Source: Candidatus Spyradocola sp.
Lineage (GTDB): Bacteria > Bacillota > Clostridia > Christensenellales > UBA1750
Length of the DNA stretch: 64,000 nucleotides
Reading direction: 5' to 3'
Assembly: GCA_050942925.1 (NCBI GenBank)
Contig: JBMNOF010000002.1
Coordinates: 50,483 to 114,482, forward strand
Shown here: positions 8,383-16,546 of the stretch, one piece after another
Layout: each line of letters starts with the position of its first letter
How positions within the stretch are numbered: the first letter of the stretch is position 1
Notes under the pieces: model-generated
What the model was told of the DNA's origin: nothing
Databases searched by the model: none
Seen by the model: only the letters and a program-made list of their open reading frames with translations
Made by a program: the position numbers and the translations under genes

Positions 8383-8997
8383 ATGGATGCAATAGAGCAA
8401 AGGCGCAGCATTCGAGCCTACCAGCCCAAGGCCGTGCCGCATACCGCGCTGGAAGACATCCTTCAGGCGGGAATGTTGGCTCCGTCTGCAAAAAATGCGC
8501 AGCCCTGGAGATTTATCGTCGTGCAGGGCAAGGAAAAAGAGCGCTTGACCGCCGCGATGCGGGCGGGGATTCAGCGCGAAAAGGAAACGCCCCTTTTCCC
8601 GGATCTGGCGTTTGGTTTACAGAGCGCGGAGCAGAGCGCCGCCATCCTGGAACAGGTGCCGGTCGCGATCGTCGTGCAGGATACATTGGCGCCGACCGGT
8701 TCGGAGACGCTCTCCGCGCCTGCGCGCGCGCTGGAGACCAGCCGCCTGCTGTCCATTGGCGCGGCCATGGAGAACATGATCCTTCGGGCCACACAGCTGG
8801 GACTGGGCACGCTGTGGATTGCGGACACCGCCTATGCGCGCCCGGAGATTGAGCAGTGGTGCGAGCTGCCGGGACGGGTGGTATCGGCACTTGCCATCGG
8901 CTACCCGGACGAAAGCCCTGCCCCCAGACCGAGAAAGCGCCCGGAAGACGTGATCCAATGGAGAACCGGGGTGCCCGACGAGGAAACCCGTTCCTGA
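8383..8997 (+). CDS. nitroreductase family protein
   Basis: 204-aa ORF. RRSIRAYQPKAV...APSAKNAQPWRFIVV is the classic nitroreductase N-terminal motif. RBS is GGAGGAGGG. Confidence 0.8.
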   Translation: MDAIEQRRSIRAYQPKAVPHTALEDILQAGMLAPSAKNAQPWRFIVVQGKEKERLTAAMRAGIQREKETPLFPDLAFGLQSAEQSAAILEQVPVAIVVQDTLAPTGSETLSAPARALETSRLLSIGAAMENMILRATQLGLGTLWIADTAYARPEIEQWCELPGRVVSALAIGYPDESPAPRPRKRPEDVIQWRTGVPDEETRS

Positions 8998-9007
8998 AAC
9001 AAGAAGC

Positions 9008-9049
9008 AAGGGCGCCGGTCCAAACGATTGTTTGGACCGGCGCCCTTTT
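9008..9049. terminator. bidirectional hairpin terminator between convergent genes
   Basis: Perfect 18-bp stem 9008-9025 / 9030-9047 followed by TT(TT)G. Confidence 0.65.
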
Positions 9050-9066
9050 GCATGCGGAAAATGCGG

Positions 9067-10194
9067 TCATTCCTGCATCTTGGCAAAGATCATGCGGCCG
9101 GCAGAGGTCTGTAGGACGGAGGTGACGAGCACGGTCACGGTCTGGCCGATGGCGCGCTTGCCGTTTTCCACCACGATCATGGTGCCGTCGTCCAAATAGC
9201 CCACGCCCTGGTTCAGTTCCTTGCCCTCCTTGACGACGAGAACCTCCCGCTCCTCGCCGGGGAGCGCCACGGGCTTGAGCGCATTGGCCAGGTCGTTGAT
9301 GTTGAGAACCGGAATGCCGGATACGCCGGCGACCTTGTTGAGATTGTAATCCGTCGTCAGCACACAGCCGTCGCGCAGCTTGGCGAGCTTGAGAAGCTTG
9401 ACATCGACCTCTTCATCCGGGAAGTCCTGGTCGTCCACCTCGACCGGCACGCGCAGTTCCTTTTGAATGCGCGCCAGCACGTCCAATCCGCGCCGGCCGC
9501 GGTTGCGCTTGAGCGCGTCGGAGGAGTCGGAAATGTGCCGCAGCTCGCGGAGCACGAAGTTCGGGAGAACCAGCGTGCCCTCCAGAAAGCCCGTCTTGCA
9601 CAGGTCAAAGATGCGGCCGTCGATGATGACGCTCGTATCCAGAAGCTTGGGCCGCGCGCCGCCGGCCGAAGTGGCGGCAGGGGACGGGAGCGCCTCGTCC
9701 TGCCCCGTGCTGCGCGCCGTCTGCTGCTGCAAGCGGCGCACCCAGGCAAAGTTGAGCTCGCGCCAGCGCTTCATGCCCAGCGTCGTGCCCAGGTACCCGA
9801 AAAGGAGGTAGACCGCTACCCCGAGCACCGTGTAGAGCAGCGAAGCCTGCCCCCGGGCGAACATTGCCATGATGAGGAAGGAGAGCAGGACGCCCAGCAG
9901 GAGCCCCAGGGTGCCGAAGATCAGGTCCATCACCGGCACGGAGGACAGACGGCTTTCCACGCGGCGCATCAGGCGAAGGGCTGCCTGCCCACAGGGAATG
10001 GAAAAGAAATAAAATGAGGCCGCAAAAAGGCTCGCGCCCAGAATGTACGTCACGAGGGAAACCCAGGGATAGATGTCCGCGTGATCCGGGGAGAGCAGCT
10101 TGCTTTCCACCAAAAAGGAGAGCAGCTCGCTGACCAGTCCCACGCCCAACAGCAGGCCGACAACCGTCAAAAACCAGCGCAGGAGTTTTTTCAC
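9067..10194 (-). CDS. yacL: PIN/TRAM domain membrane protein (YacL-like)
   Basis: ORF 9067-10362. A GTG at 10194 is preceded by GGAGGTGAG. There are four N-terminal TM helices, a PIN domain (LLDTSVIIDGRI...) and a C-terminal TRAM-like domain. It sits directly downstream of radA, as in Bacillus. Confidence 0.8.
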   Translation of the reverse strand: MKKLLRWFLTVVGLLLGVGLVSELLSFLVESKLLSPDHADIYPWVSLVTYILGASLFAASFYFFSIPCGQAALRLMRRVESRLSSVPVMDLIFGTLGLLLGVLLSFLIMAMFARGQASLLYTVLGVAVYLLFGYLGTTLGMKRWRELNFAWVRRLQQQTARSTGQDEALPSPAATSAGGARPKLLDTSVIIDGRIFDLCKTGFLEGTLVLPNFVLRELRHISDSSDALKRNRGRRGLDVLARIQKELRVPVEVDDQDFPDEEVDVKLLKLAKLRDGCVLTTDYNLNKVAGVSGIPVLNINDLANALKPVALPGEEREVLVVKEGKELNQGVGYLDDGTMIVVENGKRAIGQTVTVLVTSVLQTSAGRMIFAKMQE

Positions 10195-10235
10195 GGGAAG
10201 CCTCACCTCCACATTCCGTTTGATCTTGTTGTTCC

Positions 10236-11609
10236 TCAGAAGAGGAGCGAGAGCGCCTCGCGCAGCGTCGAGACGCCGTGCACATCCAATCCGTCGGGGA
10301 TGCGCAGCGAGCGCAGGTTGGTCTTGGGCACGACAAGGTGCGTAAAGCCCATGCGCGCGCATTCCGTGAGCCGGCGGTCCATCATGTTGACCGCGCGGAT
10401 CTCCCCGGTCAGGCCGATCTCTCCGATGAGCGCCCAGTCCGGCGGAAGGGGCGTTCCGCGCAGCGAGGAGACGACCGCCGCCGCAAGCGGCAGGTCGCAG
10501 GCGGGTTCGTCCAGCTCCAATCCGCCCGCAACGTTGACATAGGCGTCCTGGTTGTAGAGCGAAAAGCCCGCGCGCTTTTCCAGCACCGCAAGCAGAAGCG
10601 CCATGCGGTTGTAGTCAAAGCCCAGCGCCTGGCGGCGCGGCGTGCCAAACGCCGTGGGCGCGATGAGGGCTTGCAGGTCCACCAGGACCGGGCGCATGCC
10701 CTCCATGGACACGGCCACCGCCGAGCCCGCCGCGCCGGGAATGCGCCCGGACAGCAGAAACTCCGAGGGGTTTTCCACCTGCTCCATGCCCGTTTGCTCC
10801 ATGCGGAAGACGCCGATTTCGTTGACGGAACCGAAGCGGTTCTTGGCCGCGCGCAGGATGCGGTAGTCCTGGTGGCGGTCGCCCTCAAAGTAGAGCACCG
10901 CGTCCACCATGTGTTCCAGCACGCGCGGCCCGGCCAGCGCGCCCTCCTTGGTCACGTGCCCGACGAGAAAGATCGTCGTCCCCGCCTGCTTGGCCGCGCG
11001 CATGAGGATGCCCGTGGCTTCGCGCACCTGGGAGACGGAGCCGGGCGTGGAGGTCTTGCCCGGAACGTAGACCGTTTGGATCGAGTCCACGACCATGTAG
11101 TCCGGGGAGAGCGCCTCCCGCTGCGCCTCGATTTCGTCCAGGTTCGTCTCACTCATGACGTATAGGCCCCTGCCGTCCAGGCCGAGGCGGCGGGCGCGCA
11201 TTTTGATCTGGCGCGTGCTCTCCTCGCCCGAGGCGTACAGCACGCGCGCGCCCTTCTGCGCCAGAAGCGCGGAGACCTGCAAGAGCAGCGTGGACTTGCC
11301 GATTCCCGGGTCTCCGCCGATGAGCACAAGGGACCCCGGCACGATGCCGCCGCCCAGCACCCGGTCGAACTCCTCGATTCCGGACCGGCAGCGCTCCTGC
11401 TCGCCCTCCTCAATTTCGGAAAGCGTCTTTGCGGGCACGGTCGGCGCTTGCACCGTGCTGCGGCGCGCAGGCCCGGCGGCGGGCGCCGGGGCAGCCGGGG
11501 CCTGCTCCTCCATCTTGTTCCAGGCGCCGCAAGAAGGGCAGCGGCCCATCCACTTTGCGGACTCGTACCCGCACTCAGCGCAGACATAGAGCAGCTTGTT
11601 CTTTGGCAT
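10236..11609 (-). CDS. radA: DNA repair protein RadA
   Basis: The internal ATG at 11609 is preceded by GGAGGAA. It has a zinc finger (CAECGYESAKWMGRCPSCGAWN), Walker A (GGDPGIGKST), KNRFG and a Lon-like C-terminal domain. Confidence 0.92.
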   Translation of the reverse strand: MPKNKLLYVCAECGYESAKWMGRCPSCGAWNKMEEQAPAAPAPAAGPARRSTVQAPTVPAKTLSEIEEGEQERCRSGIEEFDRVLGGGIVPGSLVLIGGDPGIGKSTLLLQVSALLAQKGARVLYASGEESTRQIKMRARRLGLDGRGLYVMSETNLDEIEAQREALSPDYMVVDSIQTVYVPGKTSTPGSVSQVREATGILMRAAKQAGTTIFLVGHVTKEGALAGPRVLEHMVDAVLYFEGDRHQDYRILRAAKNRFGSVNEIGVFRMEQTGMEQVENPSEFLLSGRIPGAAGSAVAVSMEGMRPVLVDLQALIAPTAFGTPRRQALGFDYNRMALLLAVLEKRAGFSLYNQDAYVNVAGGLELDEPACDLPLAAAVVSSLRGTPLPPDWALIGEIGLTGEIRAVNMMDRRLTECARMGFTHLVVPKTNLRSLRIPDGLDVHGVSTLREALSLLF

Positions 11610-11718
11610 GTGTTCCTCCGCAAACATTGGACGTTTTGACGCAAAGCAGGGGGCCGGGCGCAAAGCCCCGCCCCCACCCTACACGACGAAGGGGGAAAAA
11701 GTGTTTCTGCGGGAAAGC

Positions 11719-12519
11719 CTACGCCTTGCAGACCTCGTCCCAGGCCGCGCGAACCTGCGCGATCAGCTGCGCCGCGCCCGCGTCCAGGTACCGCTGCCCC
11801 AGTTCCTTGTCCCCCTTGCGCGGGTCGTCCGTTACGGAGAACTCCGCGTTGGCGTGGCCGGCAAAGGCGCTGCCATCCGCCATGCCGGTTTTCCACATGA
11901 GGATGGGCTCGCCCTCGGGCGGAAGCTTGCTCAGGTCCACGCTGTCCGTCAGCGCCATGGCCTGGGAGATCTCCGCGCGGGTGGCGTGGCCCGGGTCCTC
12001 GCCGGGGAAGCCCAGGGACGCGGCCGGGAAGCCCACGAGCACGCGGGTCTTCGTCTCCCCCGTGAACTCCGCGGCAAGGCGGAAAAGGGAGTTCATCTGC
12101 CCGGTCGCGCCGTGCCCGTTGACCAGCACGACGAGCTTATAGCCCTGCTTGACGAGAAGCCGCAGGTACTCGCGCACGGTCAGGGCAAAGATCTCCTCGC
12201 GGAAATAATAGGAAGGGGTGCTGTTGTCCGGAAAGTCCATGCCGATGATGTACTGGTGGGTGTCGGAAAAGCCGAGGTTGGCCAGCGTCTCGGGATCGCG
12301 CTCGCGCTCGGTGCCGATGAAGAGGGTGGGCAGCACCACGCCGCCGACCTCCTGCGCACAGCGCATGGCGCCCGCCTGGGCGATGAGCGGATCGGTGCCA
12401 AAGGGCGCCGCAGGCCCGTGCCATTCCAGCGGCCCGATGGGCAGGTAGGCAATGGAGCAGCGCTCCTTCTCCGCCTCGATTTGGTCGGGGCGCATCCTCT
12501 CCAAACGAATCTCGCGCAT
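11719..12519 (-). CDS. creatininase family amidohydrolase
   Basis: 266-aa ORF. LPIGPLEWHGP...LVNGHGAT matches creatininase-family metal-binding motifs. RBS is GAAGGAGG. Confidence 0.75.
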   Translation of the reverse strand: MREIRLERMRPDQIEAEKERCSIAYLPIGPLEWHGPAAPFGTDPLIAQAGAMRCAQEVGGVVLPTLFIGTERERDPETLANLGFSDTHQYIIGMDFPDNSTPSYYFREEIFALTVREYLRLLVKQGYKLVVLVNGHGATGQMNSLFRLAAEFTGETKTRVLVGFPAASLGFPGEDPGHATRAEISQAMALTDSVDLSKLPPEGEPILMWKTGMADGSAFAGHANAEFSVTDDPRKGDKELGQRYLDAGAAQLIAQVRAAWDEVCKA

Positions 12520-12695
12520 GCAAAGACCTCCTTCTCGGTTTCGTATACTCTTAGGATAACATGAATTTTCCAGACTGTAAACACGCGTTGAAAGGAGCGC
12601 CCGAGAAAACGCCGAAGAAAGTAACGCGCATTTAACAGAGTTCCGGCCGCATTTTCCCGAGCGCGGCGTTGTGCTTCCCCGAAAAAAGACCTACA

Positions 12696-13670
12696 ATGGG
12701 AAAGAAGAAAAAAGAATGTCTAGGGGTGGTTCTTTCTGTGTCCAGTTATGTAAGCGTAATCCTCAACCAGGTGCTGCTCATGCTCATCCTCGTGGTCGCG
12801 GGCTTTATCAGCTTTAAGACCCGAATCATCACCACGGAGGGGAACAAGCACCTATCCAACCTCCTGGTCCTGTTGGTCAATCCCGTCGTGATCTTCGTCT
12901 CGTATCAGCGGGACTTTTCGCCGGATCTTCTTGTGGGGCTGGCGGAGGCGTTCGGGCTCTCCCTGCTCGGCTTCGGCATCGCCATGGTGGTCGCCTATCT
13001 CTGCCTGCGCAAGGGCGGCAAGTTCGACGAGGTCATCGAGCGCTTTTCCGTCATCTACTCCAACTGCGGGTTTATGGGCATTCCCCTTGTGATGGCGATG
13101 CTCGGCACGGAAGGGGTGTTTTACCTCACGGCGGTGATGACGGCCTTTAACCTCCTGGTCTGGACGCACGGCATGATCATGTTCACGGGCGCGGGACAGT
13201 TCAACATCAAGGGACTGCTGCGCGCGCTCTGCTCGCCCGCGATCCTGGCGGTCCCGGTGGGGCTCGCGTGCTTTCTCCTGCAATGGCGCGTGCCGCAGGT
13301 GCTCTACGAGGCGCTGGAGTACGTCTCCAACATGAACACGCCGTTGGCCATGCTCATCGCCGGGGCCACGGTCGCGCAGACCAACCTGCTCAAGGCCTTT
13401 GCCCGCGGACGGATCTACTACGTTTCGGTCCTGAAGCTCCTGGTCGCGCCGATCCTCATCGTGCTGGCGCTTTCGATCTTCCCGCTCCCGCAGATCGTGC
13501 TGCTGACGGTCGCGGTGGCCATGGCTTCGCCCACGGCGACGATGGGCACGCTCTTTGCCATCCGCTATGAGCGCAACGCGGTCTACGCCTCCGAGCTGTT
13601 CGCGGTGACGACGATCCTGTCGGCCATCTCGCTTCCTGTGGTTGTCTACATCGCCGAGCGCTTGCTCTAA
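12696..13670 (+). CDS. AEC (auxin efflux carrier) family transporter
   Basis: Polytopic membrane protein with about 10 TM segments. SNCGFMGIPL and NTPLAMLIAG are typical AEC motifs. The start is uncertain (ATG at 12696 or a downstream GTG). Confidence 0.75.
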   Translation: MGKKKKECLGVVLSVSSYVSVILNQVLLMLILVVAGFISFKTRIITTEGNKHLSNLLVLLVNPVVIFVSYQRDFSPDLLVGLAEAFGLSLLGFGIAMVVAYLCLRKGGKFDEVIERFSVIYSNCGFMGIPLVMAMLGTEGVFYLTAVMTAFNLLVWTHGMIMFTGAGQFNIKGLLRALCSPAILAVPVGLACFLLQWRVPQVLYEALEYVSNMNTPLAMLIAGATVAQTNLLKAFARGRIYYVSVLKLLVAPILIVLALSIFPLPQIVLLTVAVAMASPTATMGTLFAIRYERNAVYASELFAVTTILSAISLPVVVYIAERLL

Positions 13671-13686
13671 GAAAGGAGAAACTCCC

Positions 13687-14331
13687 ATGCCTACTCCCAC
13701 CCATTCGGTTTTGCCGGCGCTGTTCGCCGATTTTCCCGCGCTCCTTCCGCTGGAGGAGCCCCTGGCGCGCGCCCACGACCTGCTGCGCGAGGCTTTTGCC
13801 GGCGGCGGAAAGCTACTCGTCTGCGGAAACGGCGGCAGTGCGGCCGACAGCGCGCACATCGTGGGCGAGTTGATGAAGGGCTTCCGGAAGCGCCGCCCGC
13901 TCCCGCCCAAGGAGGCGGACGCGGTGCAAGCTACGCCCCAAATGCCCGCAGGCTTTGCCGCGCAGCTCCAGCAGGCGCTGCCCGCCATCGACCTGACGGC
14001 GCAATCGGCGCTGCTGACCGCCTTTTCCAACGACGTCGCGCCGGACATGGTCTATGCCCAGCAGGTCTATGGCTACGGCGCGCCGGGGGATGCGCTGATC
14101 GCGCTGTCCACCTCCGGAAATTCGCGCAACGTCGTCAACGCGGTGCACGCCGCGCGCGCCAAGGGCGTGCGCACGATCGGCATCACGGGAGAAGGGGAGA
14201 GCGCACTCTCCCGGCTCTGCGACGTCTGCCTCCGCCTGCCCGCGAAGGAAACCTATCGCGTGCAGGAGTACACGCTGCCCGTCTACCACGCCCTCTGCGC
14301 CTTGATCGAGGACGATTTCTTTGCGGAGTGA
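13687..14331 (+). CDS. SIS domain protein, phosphoheptose isomerase (GmhA)-like
   Basis: The internal ATG at 13687 is preceded by AAAGGAG. CGNGGSAADSAHIVGEL and ALSTSGNSRNV are SIS/GmhA motifs. The protein carries an insertion of about 30 aa after the first motif. Confidence 0.7.
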   Translation: MPTPTHSVLPALFADFPALLPLEEPLARAHDLLREAFAGGGKLLVCGNGGSAADSAHIVGELMKGFRKRRPLPPKEADAVQATPQMPAGFAAQLQQALPAIDLTAQSALLTAFSNDVAPDMVYAQQVYGYGAPGDALIALSTSGNSRNVVNAVHAARAKGVRTIGITGEGESALSRLCDVCLRLPAKETYRVQEYTLPVYHALCALIEDDFFAE

Positions 14332-14341
14332 TCCGTTTCCC

Positions 14342-14392
14342 CATAGACAAACGCGCCCTGCCTCCATTGGAGGCAGGGCGCGTTTGTCTATG
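14342..14392. repeat. perfect 24-bp inverted repeat (hairpin) without U-tract at a convergent gene junction
   Basis: Arms 14342-14365 and 14369-14392 are exact reverse complements with a 3-nt centre. The right arm overlaps the stop codon of the minus-strand gene. Confidence 0.9.
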
Positions 14393-15074
14393 CGCGGGAG
14401 AGCAGCGCCGCGGCGCGGCGCCGGACCTCGCGGCAAAAGGCAAAGAGCAGGCGGTAGGCGGCTTCCGCGTCCGGGGATTCGCCGCGGCGCAGGGCGGCGT
14501 CGAGTTCCCACACGGCGCGGTCCGTGCCGGAGAGCAGCGCCCGAAGCGACGCGCGGTTCGGCGCAAAGTCCCCCGTCTCCAGCGAGTGCAGGTCCTGGAG
14601 CAGAAAGAAGGCCGACTTGCACAGCCCCGGAAGCGCGGCAGATGCGCGGTCCGCACGGCCGTGCACGGTCCGGTGGCAGAGCTCGTGGAAGAGGTTGTCG
14701 GCGCTGAGCTGGAGATACTTCACGGCGTCCGCACGCGCATAAGGGGGAACGAGCACCGCCAGCTCCCCCACCAGGTCCTGGGTCGAGTGGAGAAGATGGT
14801 AGATCTCCAAGGGGTTCCAAAGCCGCAAGTCTTCCCGTCCACAGACAAAGCCGCAGGATCTTTCGTACTCTCCGCAGGCTTGCAGGAGGGACCGATAGGT
14901 CAGAAGGTCGTCGTAGGAAAGCCCGTCGATCACCAGCATAACGTCGATGTCGCTGTCCGGCCCGGCTTCGCCGCGCAGGTGGCTTCCCTGCAGCCCCGCA
15001 TAGAGCAACCGCGGCCCAAAGGCTTCCCGCAGCCGGGCGAGGAGTTCCGTCAAGTAGGCGTCTAGGTCAACCAT
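14388..15074 (-). CDS. nucleotidyltransferase domain protein (pol-beta fold plus helical C-domain, AadA-like architecture)
   Basis: ORF 14388-15353. The internal ATG at 15074 is preceded by AAAGGAGAAG. GLQGSHLRGEAGPDSDIDVMLVI is the G-S-x(n)-D-x-D NTase motif. Confidence 0.7.
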   Translation of the reverse strand: MVDLDAYLTELLARLREAFGPRLLYAGLQGSHLRGEAGPDSDIDVMLVIDGLSYDDLLTYRSLLQACGEYERSCGFVCGREDLRLWNPLEIYHLLHSTQDLVGELAVLVPPYARADAVKYLQLSADNLFHELCHRTVHGRADRASAALPGLCKSAFFLLQDLHSLETGDFAPNRASLRALLSGTDRAVWELDAALRRGESPDAEAAYRLLFAFCREVRRRAAALLSRA

Positions 15075-15858
15075 GTTCTTCTCCTTTGGGGTCGGCAGGC
15101 GCGCCCAGGTAGCAGAGGGCGCGCGTGCGCACGCGGACCCGGCCGCCCTCCTGCCAGTCGTCAAAGAGCGCCCCGAGCGCCGCAACGAAGTCCGCGTAGA
15201 CCGCATCGTCCGGGCGAAGCGCGTAGGAGCTGGACAGCGTGCGCCGGATGAACGCTTCGCGGTCCTGCACGGCATCCGCGTCAAAGGCGCGCGTCTGGTA
15301 AGAGGCAAAGAAGCGCGAAAGGCGGGGCAGGCACTCGTCGTGTCCGTGCGCAAGGCCGGTGAACCCCGGGCAGAACGCGCGGAGCAGTTCGGCGTGCGCG
15401 CGGTTGAGGGGCGCCAATTCGTCGCGCACCAGCCAGGTCAGCAGTACTTGGCCGCCGGGACGCAGGATGCGCCGGCACTCTTGCGCAAAGGCGTCCGCGT
15501 CCATCCAGTGGAAGGCGGCGGCGCAAGTCACAAGGTCGACCGAGGCGTCGGGAAGCCCCGTCGCCTCCCCGCGCCCAAGGTGGGGATAGAAGTCCGGGTG
15601 CGCCAGGAGGCGGGACATGGCCGTCTCCAGCATCTCCGCGTTGGGCTCCACGGCATGCACCGTGAATCCGCAGTCGAGCAAGGACTCGGTGAATTTCCCC
15701 GTGCCCGCGCCCACGTCCGCAACGATGGCGCCGGGGGCCAGGCGCGCCGCCTCCGTCAGCCAGAGGAAGAGATCCCGTGGATACCCCGATCGCGCCGCGG
15801 CGTAGTCCTGCGCGCGGCCGGAAAATACCGCTTCCGGACGCGGTTCCGCGGGGCTCAT
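15067..15858 (-). CDS. class I SAM-dependent methyltransferase
   Basis: 263-aa ORF. IVADVGAGTGKFT is motif I, and VDLVTCAAAFHW and RILRPGGQV follow. It overlaps both neighbours. Confidence 0.8.
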   Translation of the reverse strand: MSPAEPRPEAVFSGRAQDYAAARSGYPRDLFLWLTEAARLAPGAIVADVGAGTGKFTESLLDCGFTVHAVEPNAEMLETAMSRLLAHPDFYPHLGRGEATGLPDASVDLVTCAAAFHWMDADAFAQECRRILRPGGQVLLTWLVRDELAPLNRAHAELLRAFCPGFTGLAHGHDECLPRLSRFFASYQTRAFDADAVQDREAFIRRTLSSSYALRPDDAVYADFVAALGALFDDWQEGGRVRVRTRALCYLGAPADPKGEEHG

Positions 15859-16106
15859 CCGTGCAGGCCGGAGGACTGGCGCTCCATGTTCTCCACAACG
15901 ATGTCGTGGATGTCGCCCAGGGATGCGCAGTACTCCAGGACCTTCCAGGGGGTGTTGGTGTGGTAGTGGATCTTGACGAGCATGTCGTCGCCTACGGCCA
16001 GCAGGCAGTCGCCCTCGATGTTGTTCTCGATGTAGTCGTGGATGGCGGTTTCGTCCAGATCGTCGCCCTCGATGAGGAGCTGGGTGTCAAAGCGGTATTC
16101 GAGCAT
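15855..16106 (-). CDS. 83-aa stand-alone protein resembling the central module of DAK2-fusion (YloV-type) proteins
   Basis: LIEGDDLDETAI...GDCLLAVGDDMLVKIHYHTNTPWKVLEYCASLGDIHDIVVENM follows the pattern I recall from YloV-type proteins (GDSLVVVGDE-LVKVHVHTN-PG-VLE...ENM). It has its own RBS (AAGGGAGA) and an ATGA overlap with the downstream methyltransferase. Confidence 0.5.
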   Translation of the reverse strand: MLEYRFDTQLLIEGDDLDETAIHDYIENNIEGDCLLAVGDDMLVKIHYHTNTPWKVLEYCASLGDIHDIVVENMERQSSGLHG

Positions 16107-16153
16107 GGCAGATTCTCCCTTCTAAAGTGGAAAAAGGAACCGCGCGGAAGGCG

Positions 16154-16546
16154 CTATGCGTTCCCCCGGCGGGGTTTCTCGATGGTGTAGGCGGGGAGTC
16201 CCCGTTTGCAGCCGTTCTTTTCGTAGAAGGCCTCCGCGCCCGGCTGCGCGCCAAAGTAGAGCAGGGTCGGCGTGTGCGCGCGGGCCAAGCGCAGGAGCGC
16301 GCTCCCAATCCCGCGCCGCTGGTAGGCGGGGAGCACCAGCAGCTCTGTGATGGTTCCAAAGTAGTAGCCGTCCGTGAGGATGCGCAGGCAGCCCACGAGG
16401 AGCGCCCCATCGTAGGCGGTCAGGTTCAGCGTTCGGCTAAGCGCCTCCTGCGTCCGGGCCGCGTCGTATTCTCCCGGCCAAACCTGCTGCACAAACTCCA
16501 GAAACTGCGCGGCAGACAGCGCCTTGTCGTCAACGCGAAAGTCCAT
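16154..16546 (-). CDS. GNAT family N-acetyltransferase
   Basis: The internal ATG at 16546 is preceded by GGAGGG. LVLPAYQRRGIGSALLRLA is the acetyl-CoA binding motif (Q/R-x-x-G-x-G/A). Confidence 0.75.
   Translation of the reverse strand: MDFRVDDKALSAAQFLEFVQQVWPGEYDAARTQEALSRTLNLTAYDGALLVGCLRILTDGYYFGTITELLVLPAYQRRGIGSALLRLARAHTPTLLYFGAQPGAEAFYEKNGCKRGLPAYTIEKPRRGNA

Noticed and set aside
15855-16106. 83-aa Dak/YloV-like ORF considered as a pseudogene remnant
   Set aside because: I did not call it a pseudogene. The frame is intact, it has an RBS, and it is translationally coupled to the next gene. No flanking degraded homologous sequence is visible. The possibility is kept open in the findings.
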